Source of the DNA: Paraspadella gotoi
Lineage: Eukaryota > Animalia > Chaetognatha
Direction: 5' to 3'
Assembly (NCBI GenBank): GCA_051294375.1
Contig: CM119267.1
Coordinates: forward strand, 3,522,192-3,586,191
Length of the DNA stretch: 64,000 bases
Below are positions 22,558-37,331 of this stretch, piece after piece (the first letter of the stretch is position 1; each line of letters begins with the position of its first letter). Made by a program: the position numbers and the translations under genes. The notes under the pieces were generated by a model. That model was not told the DNA's origin. It saw nothing but the letters and a program-made list of their open reading frames with translations, and made no database searches.

Positions 22558-25500
22558 ATGGCCAAATCCGTCGTCAGCGGGTCGCAGAAAAAGACTCCGA
22601 AAAAAGTCAGTCCACCCGTTAAAAGAGGTCAAAAACTGACGCCGGAAAAGGGTCAGGTCACCATCGACTCTTTCTTCAAGAAACGGCAACCAGAGGAGAC
22701 GACGACGACAGCGACGAAAAGAAAGATAGATTTCGCTTCGACGTCCGAAGCGGACAAAACGAAAAAACGCGACTCGAAACGATCGACGAAAGTTGGCGAG
22801 GAAGTTTTGTCGAAGCCGCAGAAAACCTCTGATTTGTCATCGGGCGACGATTTTCAGTCTCCGTCTCGATCCAAACTCGGGCAAAAGCTCCGACTCATCA
22901 ACGGCTATTCTCCCAACGATGGTCGACCTTCGACCTCGAAACCTCGGGAGGAGGCAAGCGACGTCGATATTCTCGGAGCCTCGCCCCCGCGCCCGGCGAC
23001 GGCCAAGGAAAATGTTCGGCGTCTTTCGCCGAGGCTTCTTAAATCCTCGATGCGGGCGGCGCTGAACGCCTTCGAAAAAGCCAAGCGGTGTCAACGTAAC
23101 CCTTTCCAGGACTGCGAATCGTGGCCTAAGCCCGATTTGGCCAGAGTAGTTCCCGACGCTAATGGACGAGGGGAAAGGAGTGAGTGTGGATCGAGCAAGG
23201 AGAACGAAGCCACCGAGAATTCCAATGCGTCGGTGACGACGTCGAAATGTAAAGTTATCGATGCCATCGCCGACGGCGTTCCGCTTGATGACGTCATCCC
23301 GCCCACGCCGGAAATTAAACCGAAGAAGATGAAAAAGGCTAAACCCAAAAAGCGCGACGATGAACTCGCGTCACACGACGCGGTCGACGCGCAATTTTCT
23401 AGAGTTGGGGAACGAAGAAAACGTCATTCGGACGACGGTTACGACGACGCCGGCGACGCTGATTCGATCAAATATCGAAAACGCCTCAAAACCTCCGTCG
23501 AAAGTTCGGGAAGCGATTTAGAAACGGAGATTCCATGCGGGGCCGACTCCGGCGCGAGTCAGGGTTTCGAACCGCATTTAAACGAGAGAGATTTTACCCG
23601 TGTAATGAAGCCTCTCTGCGACGTCTCATCTCAAAACGCGAAAAGCGTCCTCGACACTTTGAGTCTACCCTCTTCATCCATCAAACCTCCCGAATCGTTG
23701 ACTTCTCAAGACGAAATCGACGTGGCTCTTTTGCGCCGTCGCGTCGACAATCTTGCCGATTCGTTTGTCAACAAAAGGCCGCCGAGTTCGACAGAAGACG
23801 AGCGTGCGCCGACGACTAGCGACGCCGACGGTGATGACACGAGCGCAAATCTTTTCGATTCGACGCCGCAGTCGTCCGTCGGGAGGAACGAATATCGAGA
23901 AACTCAGGGGCTCGAACCGTCTGACCTCGCCGATTTGTTGGACGCCTCTTTCGACGAGCCTTTCGAAGAGCCTTTCGAAGTTGACGACTCTGTTGATCCA
24001 ACGCCGTGCGCGGATTACGGACGCCACATCGTCGTCGCCGTGGAGAGGTCCGAGTCGGAAGTGCGGCTCGAATTGGAGGAGTGGTCAACGAAGGAAAGAC
24101 GAACTGTGTCGCTGAGAGACTTTTGGGTCGACACTTTGGTGGAAGAAGGTTGGTGGTTGCTCTCAGTTCTGAATCTGATATTTATATAATATATTTCCGC
24201 CATTCGTTTCATATACATAAACCAGTTATAAAACATAGATGTGAATGAAATTTATAAGGTTCTGATATCGGCTTTTTTAAATTTCTAGTTAAAGAACATT
24301 TTATTTTATTTTATCTTTAGGAAACGTGGTTAACGTCATCGGTAGTTTCACGAACGGTTATTGCTGCATCGATTCTCAGGGAGACAATTTCTTGGTCGTT
24401 TCTCCCGACACGCTCATTAATGGCACTGCCGTCGCTGGAGCAATAAAATGCTGCCGAAAAACCGTTTTGAATGAAGCTTTTAAAGGGTAAGGTGAAAGAC
24501 ATAGAATTTTAATCGCAGAATACTAATTTCGATGTTTTTAAAATCAGTCTTGAATCTGGCAACATCCACATGCTCAAAGGAACCGTCCTCCATCTCATAT
24601 TCCAACAAGCCCTGAAAACTTCATCCTTTGATCTCGACTCTTTGCGGAAGACGGCATCGGCGGCTCTCACCTCGGATTCCGTCCTCAACGACTTGGTGCA
24701 GATCGGCGTCGATGAAGCTGACTTCAAGAAACAAATCGAAGACTCGTTGGTCGCCATCAAAGTCTGGGCGGAGCGGACTATTTCCCGGCTGAGGAACGAG
24801 ACGCCCCCAAACAAGCCCGACGGGCCGCCCGAAGTCGAGGGCGTGGAGGTGGAAGGAGTTACGGACATTGAGGAGAACTTTTGGAGCCCGCTCTTGGGAC
24901 TCAAAGGAAAAGTAGACTGTAGCACTGAGGTGACCCTTCATCGACGATGCGCTCGACGGTCTAGGGAGACGCTGCCGCTCGAACTGAAGACTGGCAAAGC
25001 CGCGCCCAACGCGGAACACAACGGTCAAGTCTCCTTATATTCTCTTCTCTTTAACAAGCACCGACCGGACAGAGTGTGCGAAGGGGGTTTGCTGGTTTAT
25101 CTTCAAGGAGCCAGCTCTACCTACGTGCCGAGGAATTCTCAGGAAACTCAGGTGAGAGGACAAAAGGAAAAAGATATTATTGCAAAGTTAGAATCTAAAT
25201 ATCATGCCCGTCGTTTATCGAACTTCAGGCGTTGATTCAACAACGTAACCGAATCGCCGCCCATGTTCGTCGCGGCACGCGGGACCTTCCCGAACCCGTC
25301 ACCAACGAGCGAACGTGCAAGTGGTGCCCTCACCAAATGTCCTGCGTCCTTTACAAAAAGATAGAGAAGGAAGACTCGGGTCGACTTCCGATCGGCGGTC
25401 CTTCCTTCGACACTGTGGCGCATTTGACTTCGAGTCACGCGGCCTACTTCGCCAAATGGAGTCGACTCATCGCCACCGAAGCCGCGACTGATGGAAAAGG

Positions 25501-25589
25501 AAAGAAGAACTCGCACTTTTGGTGCCGAACACCGGAAGAGCAGGAGCGGTCGGGTGAGAAATTTGAATTTGGGAAATAAGTTTTGGTTG

Positions 25590-25621
<32 letters not shown>

Positions 25622-28070
25622 AAGAAAAGTGAATCCATTTGACAGGATGGGGCTTATCCCGCATGATCCTCTGCCAAGCGGAAAGAATTTCCGGCCACGA
25701 CGGCGTTCTCCACACCTTCAATAGGCCTTCGTCTCCGCTCGTCGACAACGCGTTTGGCGTCGGCGACTCCGTCGCCGCGACGCCGATGAAACCACGCCCG
25801 TGGCGGAACAGATTAGCGATCGGCGTCGGAACCGTGAAGAGTTCCGACCGAAAGAGAATCCAGATTATTTTGGACAGGTTAATTTGAAGTTTTTTTTTTT
25901 TTGTTTTTGTTTTAATTTCGACCCGAATTCTCTTTTTCAGAGATTTGCGGGAACTCTTACCCGAGGTGGAAAGTTGGCGTCTGGATCGAGTGGAAATGTA
26001 CGACAATTCCGCCGCCTCTTACGTCAATTTGATTAGACTCATGGAAGATTCGCCGAGGATGAAACGCCTCAGGTTCGGTAGGCGCGTATTGATCGCTCTT
26101 TATACGTTTATTGCTTTGTTTTATTATTATCTCTGAAACTTTCGGCTCCATCAGGGAACTCTTGATCGATTTCAAGCCGCCCACTTCCGATCGAACTTGT
26201 CACAGAAATTTAATCGTGAAAACGAAAAGTCTGTTGCGTTCCTTGAATTTGAATCAGCAACAGGCGTCGCTTCGATCGCTCATGGCTCATGACTACGTTC
26301 TCATCCGGGGCATGCCGGGTGAGTAATGGATATTTGACTCGTTTGAACTTACTGATAATTGAACTTATAGTGTAGATAAAATTCCTTTTAAAACTGAAAA
26401 TAAAATGAAGGCGCTGGAAAGACGTCGACCATCGTGGCGTTAGTTCGCGTCCTCGTTACCATCGGAGCGTCAGTGCTGTTGACGTCCTTCACCCATTCCG
26501 CCGTTGACAACATTCTTTTGAAATTAGGTGCGTTAGCAGAGATAGTTTTGTTCATTCTTAAATACTTTGATGTTCATTAGTTTTTCAACCCGACAGTTGA
26601 TACCGAAGTTTCATTTTTGCGCTTGGGACGAAAACATCGGATCCATTCGAAGCTTGCCGAGTTCGGTGCGGACGCGGCCTTGGAATCTCTCCGTCGCGAG
26701 AGAGGCACCGCCTTGAGTGCCGGCGACGTGTCAACGATGTACTCGTCGTTTTCGGTCGTAGCCACGACCTGCTTGGGTCTCAAGCATCCCGCCATCGCCG
26801 GTCGAACCTTCGACTATTGCATCGTCGACGAAGCTTCTCAGGTTTGTCGCGTGTTTATAGTAAAACGTAAGATTTGGAACCTTACACAATGTATTACACA
26901 TCCACCTATCGATGGTTTTGATTTTATTCTTGTCCTTTTTAAGGTTCTCCAACCCGTTTGTTTGGGTCCGTTATTCCACGCCAAAAAGTTCATTCTCGTA
27001 GGTGATCCGCAGCAACTGCCTCCCATCGTCACTTCGAGAGAGGCGCTCAAGGATGGCATGGACGAGTCTCTGATGATGTCGCTGATGAATTCGCCTGGAA
27101 AATGTCTTGTCGATCTAAACGTGCAATACAGGTTTGGGTTAGAAACTGTGATGGACTTAATTGTCAAGATTATCATTTTGTTTGTTCATTTTGTTCGTGC
27201 AGAATGAACTCTGTAATCATGCGTCTGGCCAACGAAGTCGTCTACGAGGGACTCCTGGAATGCGGCGACGTCGCCGTCGAAAATGCGACTCTCCGATTCC
27301 AGCAGCACGACGCTTATCTCGAGGACAACTTCGGGCGTCGCGGGTGGATGACGACGGCGTTGAGTGGAGCCCTTTCGGCAGCGGCGCTTTTCTTGTCGAC
27401 GAGAGCGATGAAGGCGTTCGATTCATCCGTCGCCGGCGACGGCCACAAGGGTTTGACCAACGTGAAAGAGGCCGCACTCGTCAAGCGTTTGTGTCAAGCT
27501 TTGGTCGGCGGCGGAGTGAGCGTTGATTCCATCGGCGTCATCACTCCCTATCGTTCCCAAGTCGCTTTCCTCAAATCATTTCTGGCGTCGCCTTTCTCCG
27601 CGACACTCGTTTCTCAATCTTCGACAGCCGATTCAAAGTCGACGATGACAACGACGCAGTCTTCCTCGCCCACGCGGCGCTGCGCTCCTTTCGCGGCGAC
27701 GATGCTGGATGGAGTCGAGATCAACACCGTCGATCAATACCAGGGACGCGACAAGTCGATCGTCATCGTCTCCTTCGTGCGCTCCCGACCGTCGCTGGGA
27801 AATTCCGATGAGACCTCGCAACATTCGGGCGAGGAGACGAAAGAGTCGATGCCGACCACTATTCTGCACGATCTTAGAAGATTGAACGTAGCCATTACCA
27901 GGGCCAAACATAAGATCATTCTCATCGGAGATCCGGTGACGTTAAACGATTTCCCGCCTCTCGCCGCCGTGCTGGCGTCTCTCGCTAAAAACGGCGCCGT
28001 TATCTCATTGCCGGAGTCGGCGCACGAGGACGACGCTGCGGAGCCGGTTGACGACAAGAAAAAAATTTAA
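22558..28070 (+). CDS. DNA2: DNA replication helicase/nuclease DNA2, multi-exon
   Basis: Nuclease motifs [25 protein letters not shown] and PLELKTG; Fe-S cysteines ([10 protein letters not shown]); SF1 helicase motifs GMPG|[27 protein letters not shown] and [11 protein letters not shown]. Long disordered N-terminus. Confidence 0.96.
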
Positions 28071-28221
28071 TACTGACGGAGACATTCCATTTACATCAAC
28101 GTCTTGACCTCGCCGATTTTTTACGACCAATTATTCCATCTTTTACCTCGTTAACTGTTTATTTACTACAATTACCTCGTTTCTTTTTTCGTTTTTTATT
28201 AGAACCTATTATTTGAGAGCC

Positions 28222-29102
28222 ATGAACCATTCTCTGAACACTTCGACTTTTAGCTCTAGCGCCCGAGCATCTGCTCCTCCCTCCGATACATACGAAGAGA
28301 GCTTCTTTGACCTTGACGACATCTTGGCTTCGCAAGAACGCGTCGGCTGCGTCCTGGAGACGGAGCTACGCGGACTGGGCTTCCTAGACGCAGGCATTGA
28401 CAGCCCAGATCTCGCCGCCGGAACAAAGCTGGAGCTGCCCTTTTGGCTCGTTAGAGATCTCTCCGGGCGGAGACGGGTGCTAACCCCTGAGTTGCCCAAG
28501 GCCTATCGAGAAGGTGGACACGCCTTTTGCCCGAATTTTTAAAATTCGTTTTTCTCAAGTTCTTTTTCAATGTCCTAGGCTATCGCCAGATCCTCCAAGC
28601 CGACGCTTCCGTCGTGGACCTTAATAAATTGGGTCCCTACTACTACGACTTGGGGAGAAAACTATGCGACCTTGACGCCATTCGCGAAAAGGACGACGTG
28701 CAGAGGTCGCTCATCGAAGCATACAGCGTGAGATTCCGAACGATCATGGACGCGTCGCAGAATATCATGAAGGTGGGATGAGAATGCGACGTTACTTAAA
28801 TTTATTTTAGTCGACTTATTATATTTGGTTTTTGTGAATCAGGAAGATCCTTCGGTTTGGACGAAACGGTTGGACGCGACCGAGAAGAATCTTTTCCTGG
28901 AAGGCCAGCGGGTAGGTGTTTGTAGGTGTTTGTAAAAGGTTAGGGGGGGAAAATATTATTATTTACATATCTTTGTTCCCAGGTCATGCACGATTTGACC
29001 AACTGGGAAAAACGTGAAGCCCAAAAAATTGTTGCATCACAAATGGTGCTGAATCACAAAAAACGACGGCTCATAGAAAAAGACAACGATGTCACTTCCT
29101 AA
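28222..29102 (+). CDS. GINS3: GINS complex subunit 3 (Psf3), 4 exons
   Basis: FFDLDDILASQERV, GTKLELPFWL, LPKAYREG|YRQILQADASVVDLNKLGPYYY, RFRTIMDASQN. Confidence 0.94.
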
Positions 29103-29224
29103 ATCCTTATTTTTAACTCATCATTCGTTCTACTTCATGTTGTTGCCTTTTTTTCGTTGCCTTAAATATTTAAATTTTTAGGCGGCTTTTGTTCCGCAGA
29201 TTTACCGAAGTTTGCTTCGTAAAG

Positions 29225-30903
29225 ATGGCGCTTAGTGGGTGGCGTCTCTCTTCAAGACTCCGCCTTTTGCACTCGCGACTCGCGTTTCAGCAATGCAATT
29301 TGATGCACTCATCTCTGCCGCTCTCTCGCGGCGGTCGCATCCGCATACAGGACGTCCATGACCCGGCCAAGATGCAGAAAACGATGAACAAAATTATGGG
29401 AATCGAGAATCCCGAACGAAAGAGACTCGCTTACAAACCGGGAACGCAGCGCCTCACCAACGCCGCCGCATTAGAAGCCAAGGACTTTGAGGTCGTGACT
29501 CGTAAGTCCAACGATCGATTGTGGGATCGATGATCATTTACTTAAAATGTTGAATCAATTCGCTTTTACAGTCGATCAAGAAAAAGATAAACCTTATTTT
29601 GGTCCGACCCCCGGAAACACGAGGAGGGCTAAGCAGTTGAGCGACGTGATGTTTTTAAGAATAACTGGTGGGTGAGTTGATTCCCGAAATTACCCTAAAT
29701 TATCAATTTGACAATTTTGATCGATGACCAATTGACGGACCCATGACCATCATTTTGTCTTCAGAGATGATTTATTCGGACAGCATTCACCCGATTTTCC
29801 AATCACATTCTCTCGAAATCACCCGGGTGCAGATGAAGCCAGACATGAGGAATCTCGACGTATTCTGGACGATGACCGGAAACGAGTTGGTGGACCGAGA
29901 AATTGCCGAGACGCTCAACGGCGAAGCCTGTTGGGAAATCAGAAAACAAATCGCCAGCCTCCAGGTTTTCGACAAAATTTTAACATTCGAAAATTGACAA
30001 TCGAGCCCCATTTTCTTGGAATTTTGTTTCTCCACGCCCCCTTCTTCTTTCGCCCCGATTATCCCAGGTGATGGGCCGCGCCCCAAAGGTCCGTTTCGTT
30101 GGCGATGACTCTCGCATGAGACTCAATCACATCCATCATCTAATCGAAGTCGCCGACAAACCCCCGGACGACGAATCCCTCGATGTTGAAGAGTCTCCCT
30201 CGCCCGATTCGTCTTCGAACGATGTCGAGGACTCGGCGAGGATCCCGTCTTTGACTTTTCCACCGGACGCGCCCACGTGGAGCGACGCCGCCGAAACCGT
30301 CACCCCGAGGACGACCAATCCATTCAATCTAAATCGTGACAAAATGATGGCGCTAATTGAGGCGCAAATGGGAAAGGCTCGGAATGTGGAGAAAGGCGTT
30401 GAGGATTCCATGACGATGGGTAAGTGAGAAAAGACCTCGCATGCACAAGATATGATTTAGTATTAAGCAATATGAATCGTATATATATATATTTACAAGT
30501 GCATTTTTATTTTTTTGCTAATATCTCGTTTTTTATGGTAGAATCATTTTACAAGGCCTTTAATAGCAGAACGTTTATATTGAGCATACTGTCTAGTAGA
30601 TAATATCTAGATATGTTTTTATTCTCTGTCTTCTTTTTCAAGTTTGATAATGTTTTTTTATAATTCCCAAAATTACTCAATCACATGAATAGGGATGCTC
30701 AATAATTAGTACTCTTGTTTTTCGTCGACCCAGCTTCAGCTTCTGCGGCCGCCAATGAAGGAGCCTCGAAATCACCATATCAATCTCGCGCCGAGTTGAC
30801 TCGTTTTATTAGACAAAGAAAAAGAAAGATGTGGAAAAAACCTCCGAGGGACGATTATGTCGCTTTCGAAGAGTTGGAAGAGGAAGATCACAGACTTCCG
30901 TGA
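29225..30903 (+). CDS. RBFA: putative mitochondrial ribosome-binding factor A, 5 exons
   Basis: Arg-rich presequence and an RbfA-like core LEITRVQMKPDMRNLDVFW...IRKQIASLQ|VMGRAPKVRFVGD. Confidence 0.8.
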
Positions 30904-30993
30904 AAATTTTTACTTTCTCCCTTTTTTGTGTAGTTTGTTCTCCTTTCTCTTTTCAGTTATTCTTTGCTCTGTTTAAAAAAAAAGTTTATCATC

Positions 30994-33900
30994 ATGGAAG
31001 ACTTGCCACGAACTTTCGACGCCATCATTCTTGGCACCGGAATGCCTGAGAGCATCCTGGCAGCCTCGTTGGCCAGGATTGGTATGAAGGTGCTTCATCT
31101 GGACAGAAACGACTACTACAGCGGCGGATGGGCGACGCTGAATTGGGTCGGTCTCGACCAGTGGGTTCAACGGAATCAAGAGGGAGCAGGTGAGATGACC
31201 TCGTACAAATCGATAACTCTTAAAGCGGACATTGAGGCAACGATCGAGACGGAGATAAAACAGAGAGAGAGAGAGCGAGCGCGAGCGATGATCAGTTGCC
31301 ACAACGTTCCATTTCCTTGTCTTTCATTCCCGTGACTCAAGACTCGACGGAACCGACGCCAGAATCCATCGGTTCCTTGATCGAGGTTCATCGCTACGAC
31401 GACGACGCCGACGCTTCGCTCATCCAGGACGGGGAACGTCTCGTCAAGTTGCCCTTAAAAACGAAGCACTATGAGGACGTCAACGTCGCCTTTCATTGCC
31501 CAGAAAAATCAGCCGCCGTCGTAGAAGTGCCCGCCAGGACCGCCGACGTTGGCGTCGAAAATATTCCCCCGGCGTCGTCGACCGGCGCCTCTGGCGTCGC
31601 GAGTCCCGTCGACAAACCGGAGACGGACTCTGTTTCGTCGCCGAACTCGGTCGTCTCGACGTCTCGAGAACCAGCCTCGCCCTTGACCGGCTCCCAGGAA
31701 ATGAGGATCTCGCTCAACGACGACGGAGACGTGGGAGAACCCGAAGAGACGCCTCCGGAGCCCCCCTCCCCCGTCGTCGTCGAGAAAATGGAAACGGAGA
31801 GCAAGTGGACGCAAGATCGGCTGGCCAAAGAGTGGAGACGATTTAATATAGGTTAACTTATTTGATAATCTGAAATTTGTTGCCTTCTTTTTAAAAAACG
31901 AAATGTGAAATTTTCCTCGGGATTCGCGTTCAGATTTGGCGCCGAAACTTCTCTTGTCCCGAGGGGCTATGGTGGACCTCCTGGTTTCGTCCGACATCGC
32001 CAAATACGCGGATTTCCGCATCGTCTCCCGCATTTTGACGGTTCAGGGATCGAGTTTGAAGCAAGTCCCCTGCTGCAGAGCCGACGTCTTCAATAGCAAA
32101 GAGGTGTCTGTCTTAGAGAAGCGACTCCTCATGAAGTTTTTGACTTTTTGCATGGACTGTGATACGGAGGCTGAGGAGAATCGTGAAATCTGCGAGTTAC
32201 CTTTCGAGGAATATCTCTCTGAGGTTCGTTTTAGTATTAGTAGTATACCAATGTATTAAATGCGTCAAAAATCCACCGAAGTTATTCTTCCTTTTAAAGA
32301 ATCAAAAATTGACTCCCGTGTTGCGAAACTACGTTATTAATGCCATTGCCATGGCCCCGCTCAATGCCACCACGAAAGAAGGGTTGAAAAGGTAATTTTC
32401 TCTCATTTTTGAGAGACAGATTTTAAATTTAACCTCTCAATTGTAAATCCTCCAGGGCTCAAACTTTTTTACATTCCCTCGGACGCTACGGAAACACGCC
32501 ATTTTTGTGGACCATGTACGGTAGCGGAGAATTGCCACAGTGCTTTTGCAGAATGTGCGCAGGTTCGTGGTTTGGAAATAATTCAGAATATTTTGAAAAG
32601 TACTGCTAACAGTTTATAATTTTTTTAAAAGCCGAGTTGGGTATTCAAAAGTGTTGGCTACTAAATGATATTGACTGGTATAGTATTTAATGCTTCCAGT
32701 TTTCGGCGGCATCTACATTCTCCGCAAAACGGCGCGCAGCGTCATCGTCGGCGCCGATAAAGACGTCGGCGCGAACCGCGTCAAGGGCGTCATCTGCACG
32801 GGCGGCATGAGATTCGCTACCAAGTGGCTCATTGTCGAATCGAGTTACGCTCCGCCCGAATGGATATCTTACGGCGACGGTGAGAAAATGGTTTTTCGTT
32901 GATGGAAATTCTTTTATGTGTGAATAAAAATAATATGCTTTGCCTCTCTCCTTTTCCGTCGGTCAACTTCAAATGACCACATAATTTTTAGTGATTGAAC
33001 CCGACCTTTTAAGGTTACTATTTATTTATAGGCTGACTTAATAAGAATTTGTTATTCAATCTCGTCTGCCCGTTAAAGTAAAGTTTCTAAGGGTTTTTTG
33101 ATGATATTAATACTAATAAAACGAATATTATCCAAAGACTCTCGTCGTACTGTTTAAACGGGCGACGTCTTGAACGCGTGACACCTTGAGGCATAGAAAA
33201 TTACACATATATTTTCTGCAATGTGTTATATCCTTTTTCTCCCTCGCACCATCAGCTTCCTCTTCCACGCCGACCCGAATCTCTCGCTCGGTCCTCATGA
33301 CCGATCGCAGCGTTTTCCCCGCCGACGACAACCGCGACCACGTGACGCTATTGAACTTACCCTCTAAGTCTCCCGAAGATCCGCATCCGATCTCCGTCCT
33401 GGAATTGGGGCATACCTCGATGGTGACGCCCAAGGGTCTCGGCCTCGTGCACCTCACCAAATCGAACGGCGTCGACTGCCGCGAGGATTTTAGAGAAGCG
33501 GAAGAGCTCCTTTTTCGGAAGGCGGACGAAGGCGAGTTTTTAAACCGGATCGCACTTCAGTCATTTCGTTATTGTATTGACTATTGTATAATTGTATATT
33601 GGAACATTATTATCCAGATTCCCTCGACGGCGATGCCGACAAGCCCAACGTCCTCTGGTCTCTCCGGTTCAAGCACATTGACACTTCCGACGTCACGGTT
33701 CGTTCCGACGTCGCACCTTGCAATTTCCTCGTCACCTCGGGACCAGGCGCAGTCCTGGATTACGATTCCGCGGTGACGCAAGCGCGCGGCCTTTTTCAAA
33801 TCATCGCGCCGGATCGTAGCGCCGAAGAGTTTCTTCCGCCGGCGCCGAATCCCGAGGATATTTACGTGGAAGAGGTCGAAGCGCCGACGTCTTCGCAGCC

Positions 33901-34045
33901 GCCGGAGGCATCGCCCGAAGCGCCACCTGCCGTCTCTGAAAATAATTCTAACGATTCGCAAGAAGCGGGACAAGGGGACGTCGTTATAAATGAAGCGAAT
34001 CCCGCCGAGTCCGAAGAGACGAACGCGATGGACGTCGGAAACTAA
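30994..34045 (+). CDS. CHM: Rab escort protein (REP / choroideremia family), multi-exon
   Basis: [40 protein letters not shown], a REP-type insert, RRFNI|[35 protein letters not shown]|[17 protein letters not shown]. Confidence 0.93.
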
Positions 34046-34318
34046 CGATCGATCGATAAATATCCGCCTAATTGTATTCAATCGAATTAATGCTAGTCAT
34101 CGTTATTGTTTATTCCCATTGTTTGAAATCATGTGATCAAAAAAAAAAAAGATGATAATAGAATAAAATATACATAGCGGACTTCTTAACCCATGATTTG
34201 TTATTTTTTTTCTTTTGAATGCCGCTTGAAAATAAAATCCTATTTTGCTATCTCCTTTCCCGGTTAATAAAAAAAAAAGTGAAATGTTGGAGAAGTTGTT
34301 ATCTTCTCAATCCTCAAA

Positions 34319-36214
34319 ATGTCATCGCGCGGGTCTGTCGACATGAGCGCGGCTCTGAGTTCTGTTCCCGGGGGATTGACCGCTTCCACTAACTCATTGA
34401 TGAACGGTCAGCTATCCCGTCAGTCCCAGCTCATTCTCAATCACCAGAGCACCGTCGTCCAGCCCCTTTTGACGGACTTGTACCAACTTTCTATGGCCTA
34501 CGCATATTGGAAGGCTGGGAAAGCGAAGAACGTGGCCGTCTTCGATCTTTACTTTCGTAAGAATCCCTTCCACGGGGAGTTCTCCATATTCGCCGGACTC
34601 GAGGACTGCCTCAAGTTTCTGGAAGAGTTTTCATACTCGAAATGCGACATCGAGTATCTGCAGCAAGTTTTTCCCAAGGACACCGACCCAAGATTTTGGG
34701 AATATCTGACGGACGTCAGCGCGCGAGACCTCAAGATCTTCGCCGTTCACGAGGGCACAGTCGTTTTTCCCCGTGTGCCGTTGATGCGTGTAGAGGGCCC
34801 GCTAGCCGTTGTGCAGCTGCTTGAAACAACGCTGCTCTGCCTCGTCAACTATGCTTCGCTGGTCGCCACCAACGCGGCGCGATTTCGCAACGCCGCGGGG
34901 CCGGATAAGACGGTGAGTCAGCTAAGTCTCCAATATTTTCCTCTGGTTTTACCGTAGGAAACTGTAGTAAAATGTTTGAAAATCCTAACAGCTCCTCGAA
35001 TTCGGGCTGCGTCGTGCCCAAGGACCTGACGGCGGTCTCACCGCCTCCAAATACTGTTACATTGGCGGCTTCGACGGAACATCAAACGTCTTAGCGGGAA
35101 AGCTCTTCGGTATTCCCGTCCGGGGAACTCACGCCCACGCCTTCGTCAATTCTTTCAAATCATTGGACGAACTTCCCGACCGAAACCTTCGTCACAAGGA
35201 CGATGGTCGAGTCGTGGACTTTGTGTCTCTTTCTCAGTCACACTTGAACCTCGCCACCGAAGTTGCAGGCCTCAACTCGGCCAAGCCCAACGAGTCAGAA
35301 TTGGCGGCCTTCATCGCCTACGCCCAGGCCTACCCAGAAAATTTTCTCGCACTCGTCGACACCTACGACGTGGAGCAGAGCGGATTGCCCAACTTCGCCG
35401 CGGTGGCAATGGCCCTCGATGATTGCGGATTCCGCGCTCGCGGCGTGAGGATCGATTCCGGGGACCTGGCCTACCTCTCGGCCTCTGCGCGATCCTTCTT
35501 CGAAAAGATCGCGGAGAGACGGAACGCTCCCTGGATGAAAGGTTTCACCATCGTCGCCTCTAACGACATCAATGAAGATACTCTGATCAGCCTCAAACAA
35601 CAGCGCCACGCCATTGACGCCTACGGCATCGGTACACATCTGGTCACGTGCCAGAAGCAGCCGGCTCTTGGCTGCGTCTACAAACTGGTCGAATGCAACG
35701 GAGAGCCGAGGATGAAATTGTCGCAGGAAGCGTCGAAAGTGACGATCCCTTTTAGGAAGGAAGTTTACAGATTGTTCAGGTGAAATGATTGAAGGAAATA
35801 AGATAAGGTTCTTATTTTAGGCGTTTTTACATATTTTGATTTTCGCTCTTGCTTTCCAGCGTCCACGGTTACCCCATCATAGACCTCATGACGCACCCTA
35901 ACGAAGCGGAGCCTCGACCAAATCAAAAGGTCCTTTGTCGCCATCCGTTCCAAGAGACCAAACGGGCCTACGTTGAACCGGCGCAGGTCTCATCGCTTCT
36001 AGTCGAATACTGGAGGGACGGACACGTCGTCAACGGCCCGCTCCCAACAATCCAGGAGATTCGAGAACGGGTGAGGACCGAGTTGAACGGATTGAGAGAC
36101 GACCACAAACGGGACCTCAATCCAACTCCGTATAAAGTCTCCATCTCCAACCGACTCTACAAGGAACTGCACAATCTGTGGCTGGACCACGCCCCCATCG
36201 GTGAACTGTCTTAA
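34319..36214 (+). CDS. NAPRT: nicotinate phosphoribosyltransferase, 3 exons
   Basis: [77 protein letters not shown]. Confidence 0.96.
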
Positions 36215-37331
36215 CTATATGGAAAACTTTGTAAAGGGATGTCGCCGTTTACTCGGTCTTCTCAACGATGTGATGGATTTCGCAATCAAATCAAAAACCT
36301 GGCTATCCTAAATTCGTTGATTTGCTCAAAAGTCGTCGCTCGTAGTTTACGGGAAAATCACAACTAATTGTTTTAATTTTAATTGTGTTTTGATTTTTCT
36401 AGTCGCCCTTTAATTTTACATTGTTTTTTTAAATAAATGCTAGACTTGAACAAGAGTTAAAGAGAAAATGTGTGTCATAAATTAAAAAATACTCCATTGC
36501 GATGTTTAAATTATTTACAAATACAAATAATGAAGAAGTTACTAGTTAAAAGTAGTTTTATCATTCATAAGAATTAATCGTTTAGTCATATTTTATTGAT
36601 AAAATGTTTTTAATAACCGCACGCCATCATTTAATGTCGCTCTAGATTTAAATTTACCCTACCATGAGCACATGGTAGGGTAAATCACAATTCCTGAACG
36701 GAATAATTTCTCGTCTACGTTTTATTTTCGAGACGGGTTTCGAAAATTCTCTTGCAACCTCGGCGCACGAAAATTGTATTTTTTTAGGGGTTGTTTCAGT
36801 ATATTTATTTATAAGCACAATTTTTTTTAAAACGTTTTTCTTTTTATATTTTAGCACATTAAATTTTGTTCCCTTACTTGGGCAGTAAGCATGCAATTTA
36901 AAATTGTCAGTATAATTGGGTACTCTATTTTAAGAATAATTTACTTGGATGTTAACGTAACATCAATATGGTTTGTTTAGACGTTAAAAACATTCACCTT
37001 TTTCTCTTCGCTTTTTCTCTATTTGGACATTTAAATTGTTTTTGCTGCTACCAATTATAGATTATAATATTTGTTATTGGTTATATTAATATAATAACAT
37101 ATATTTTCCATTTAGACTTGATCGAAGAAATTCGCTTTCTACTTTTGTTGTTTTTTTTTTTACGTATCAGCCAGTTGAACAAAAATCGCTGTCATTAACA
37201 ACAATAACTTTTTAATGCGGAATAATGTGAAAATGATGTACTACAAAGTGAACAAGAACATAATAGGAATTGATATCATCAAATAAGAAAATCAGGTGAA
37301 TCAAATCAAATGAACGGATGTTTTGGTATAT

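Noticed and set aside
25590-25623. Long poly(A) run in a DNA2 intron as a retrocopy tail
   Set aside because: No element body or convincing TSD, and homopolymers are common in this window.
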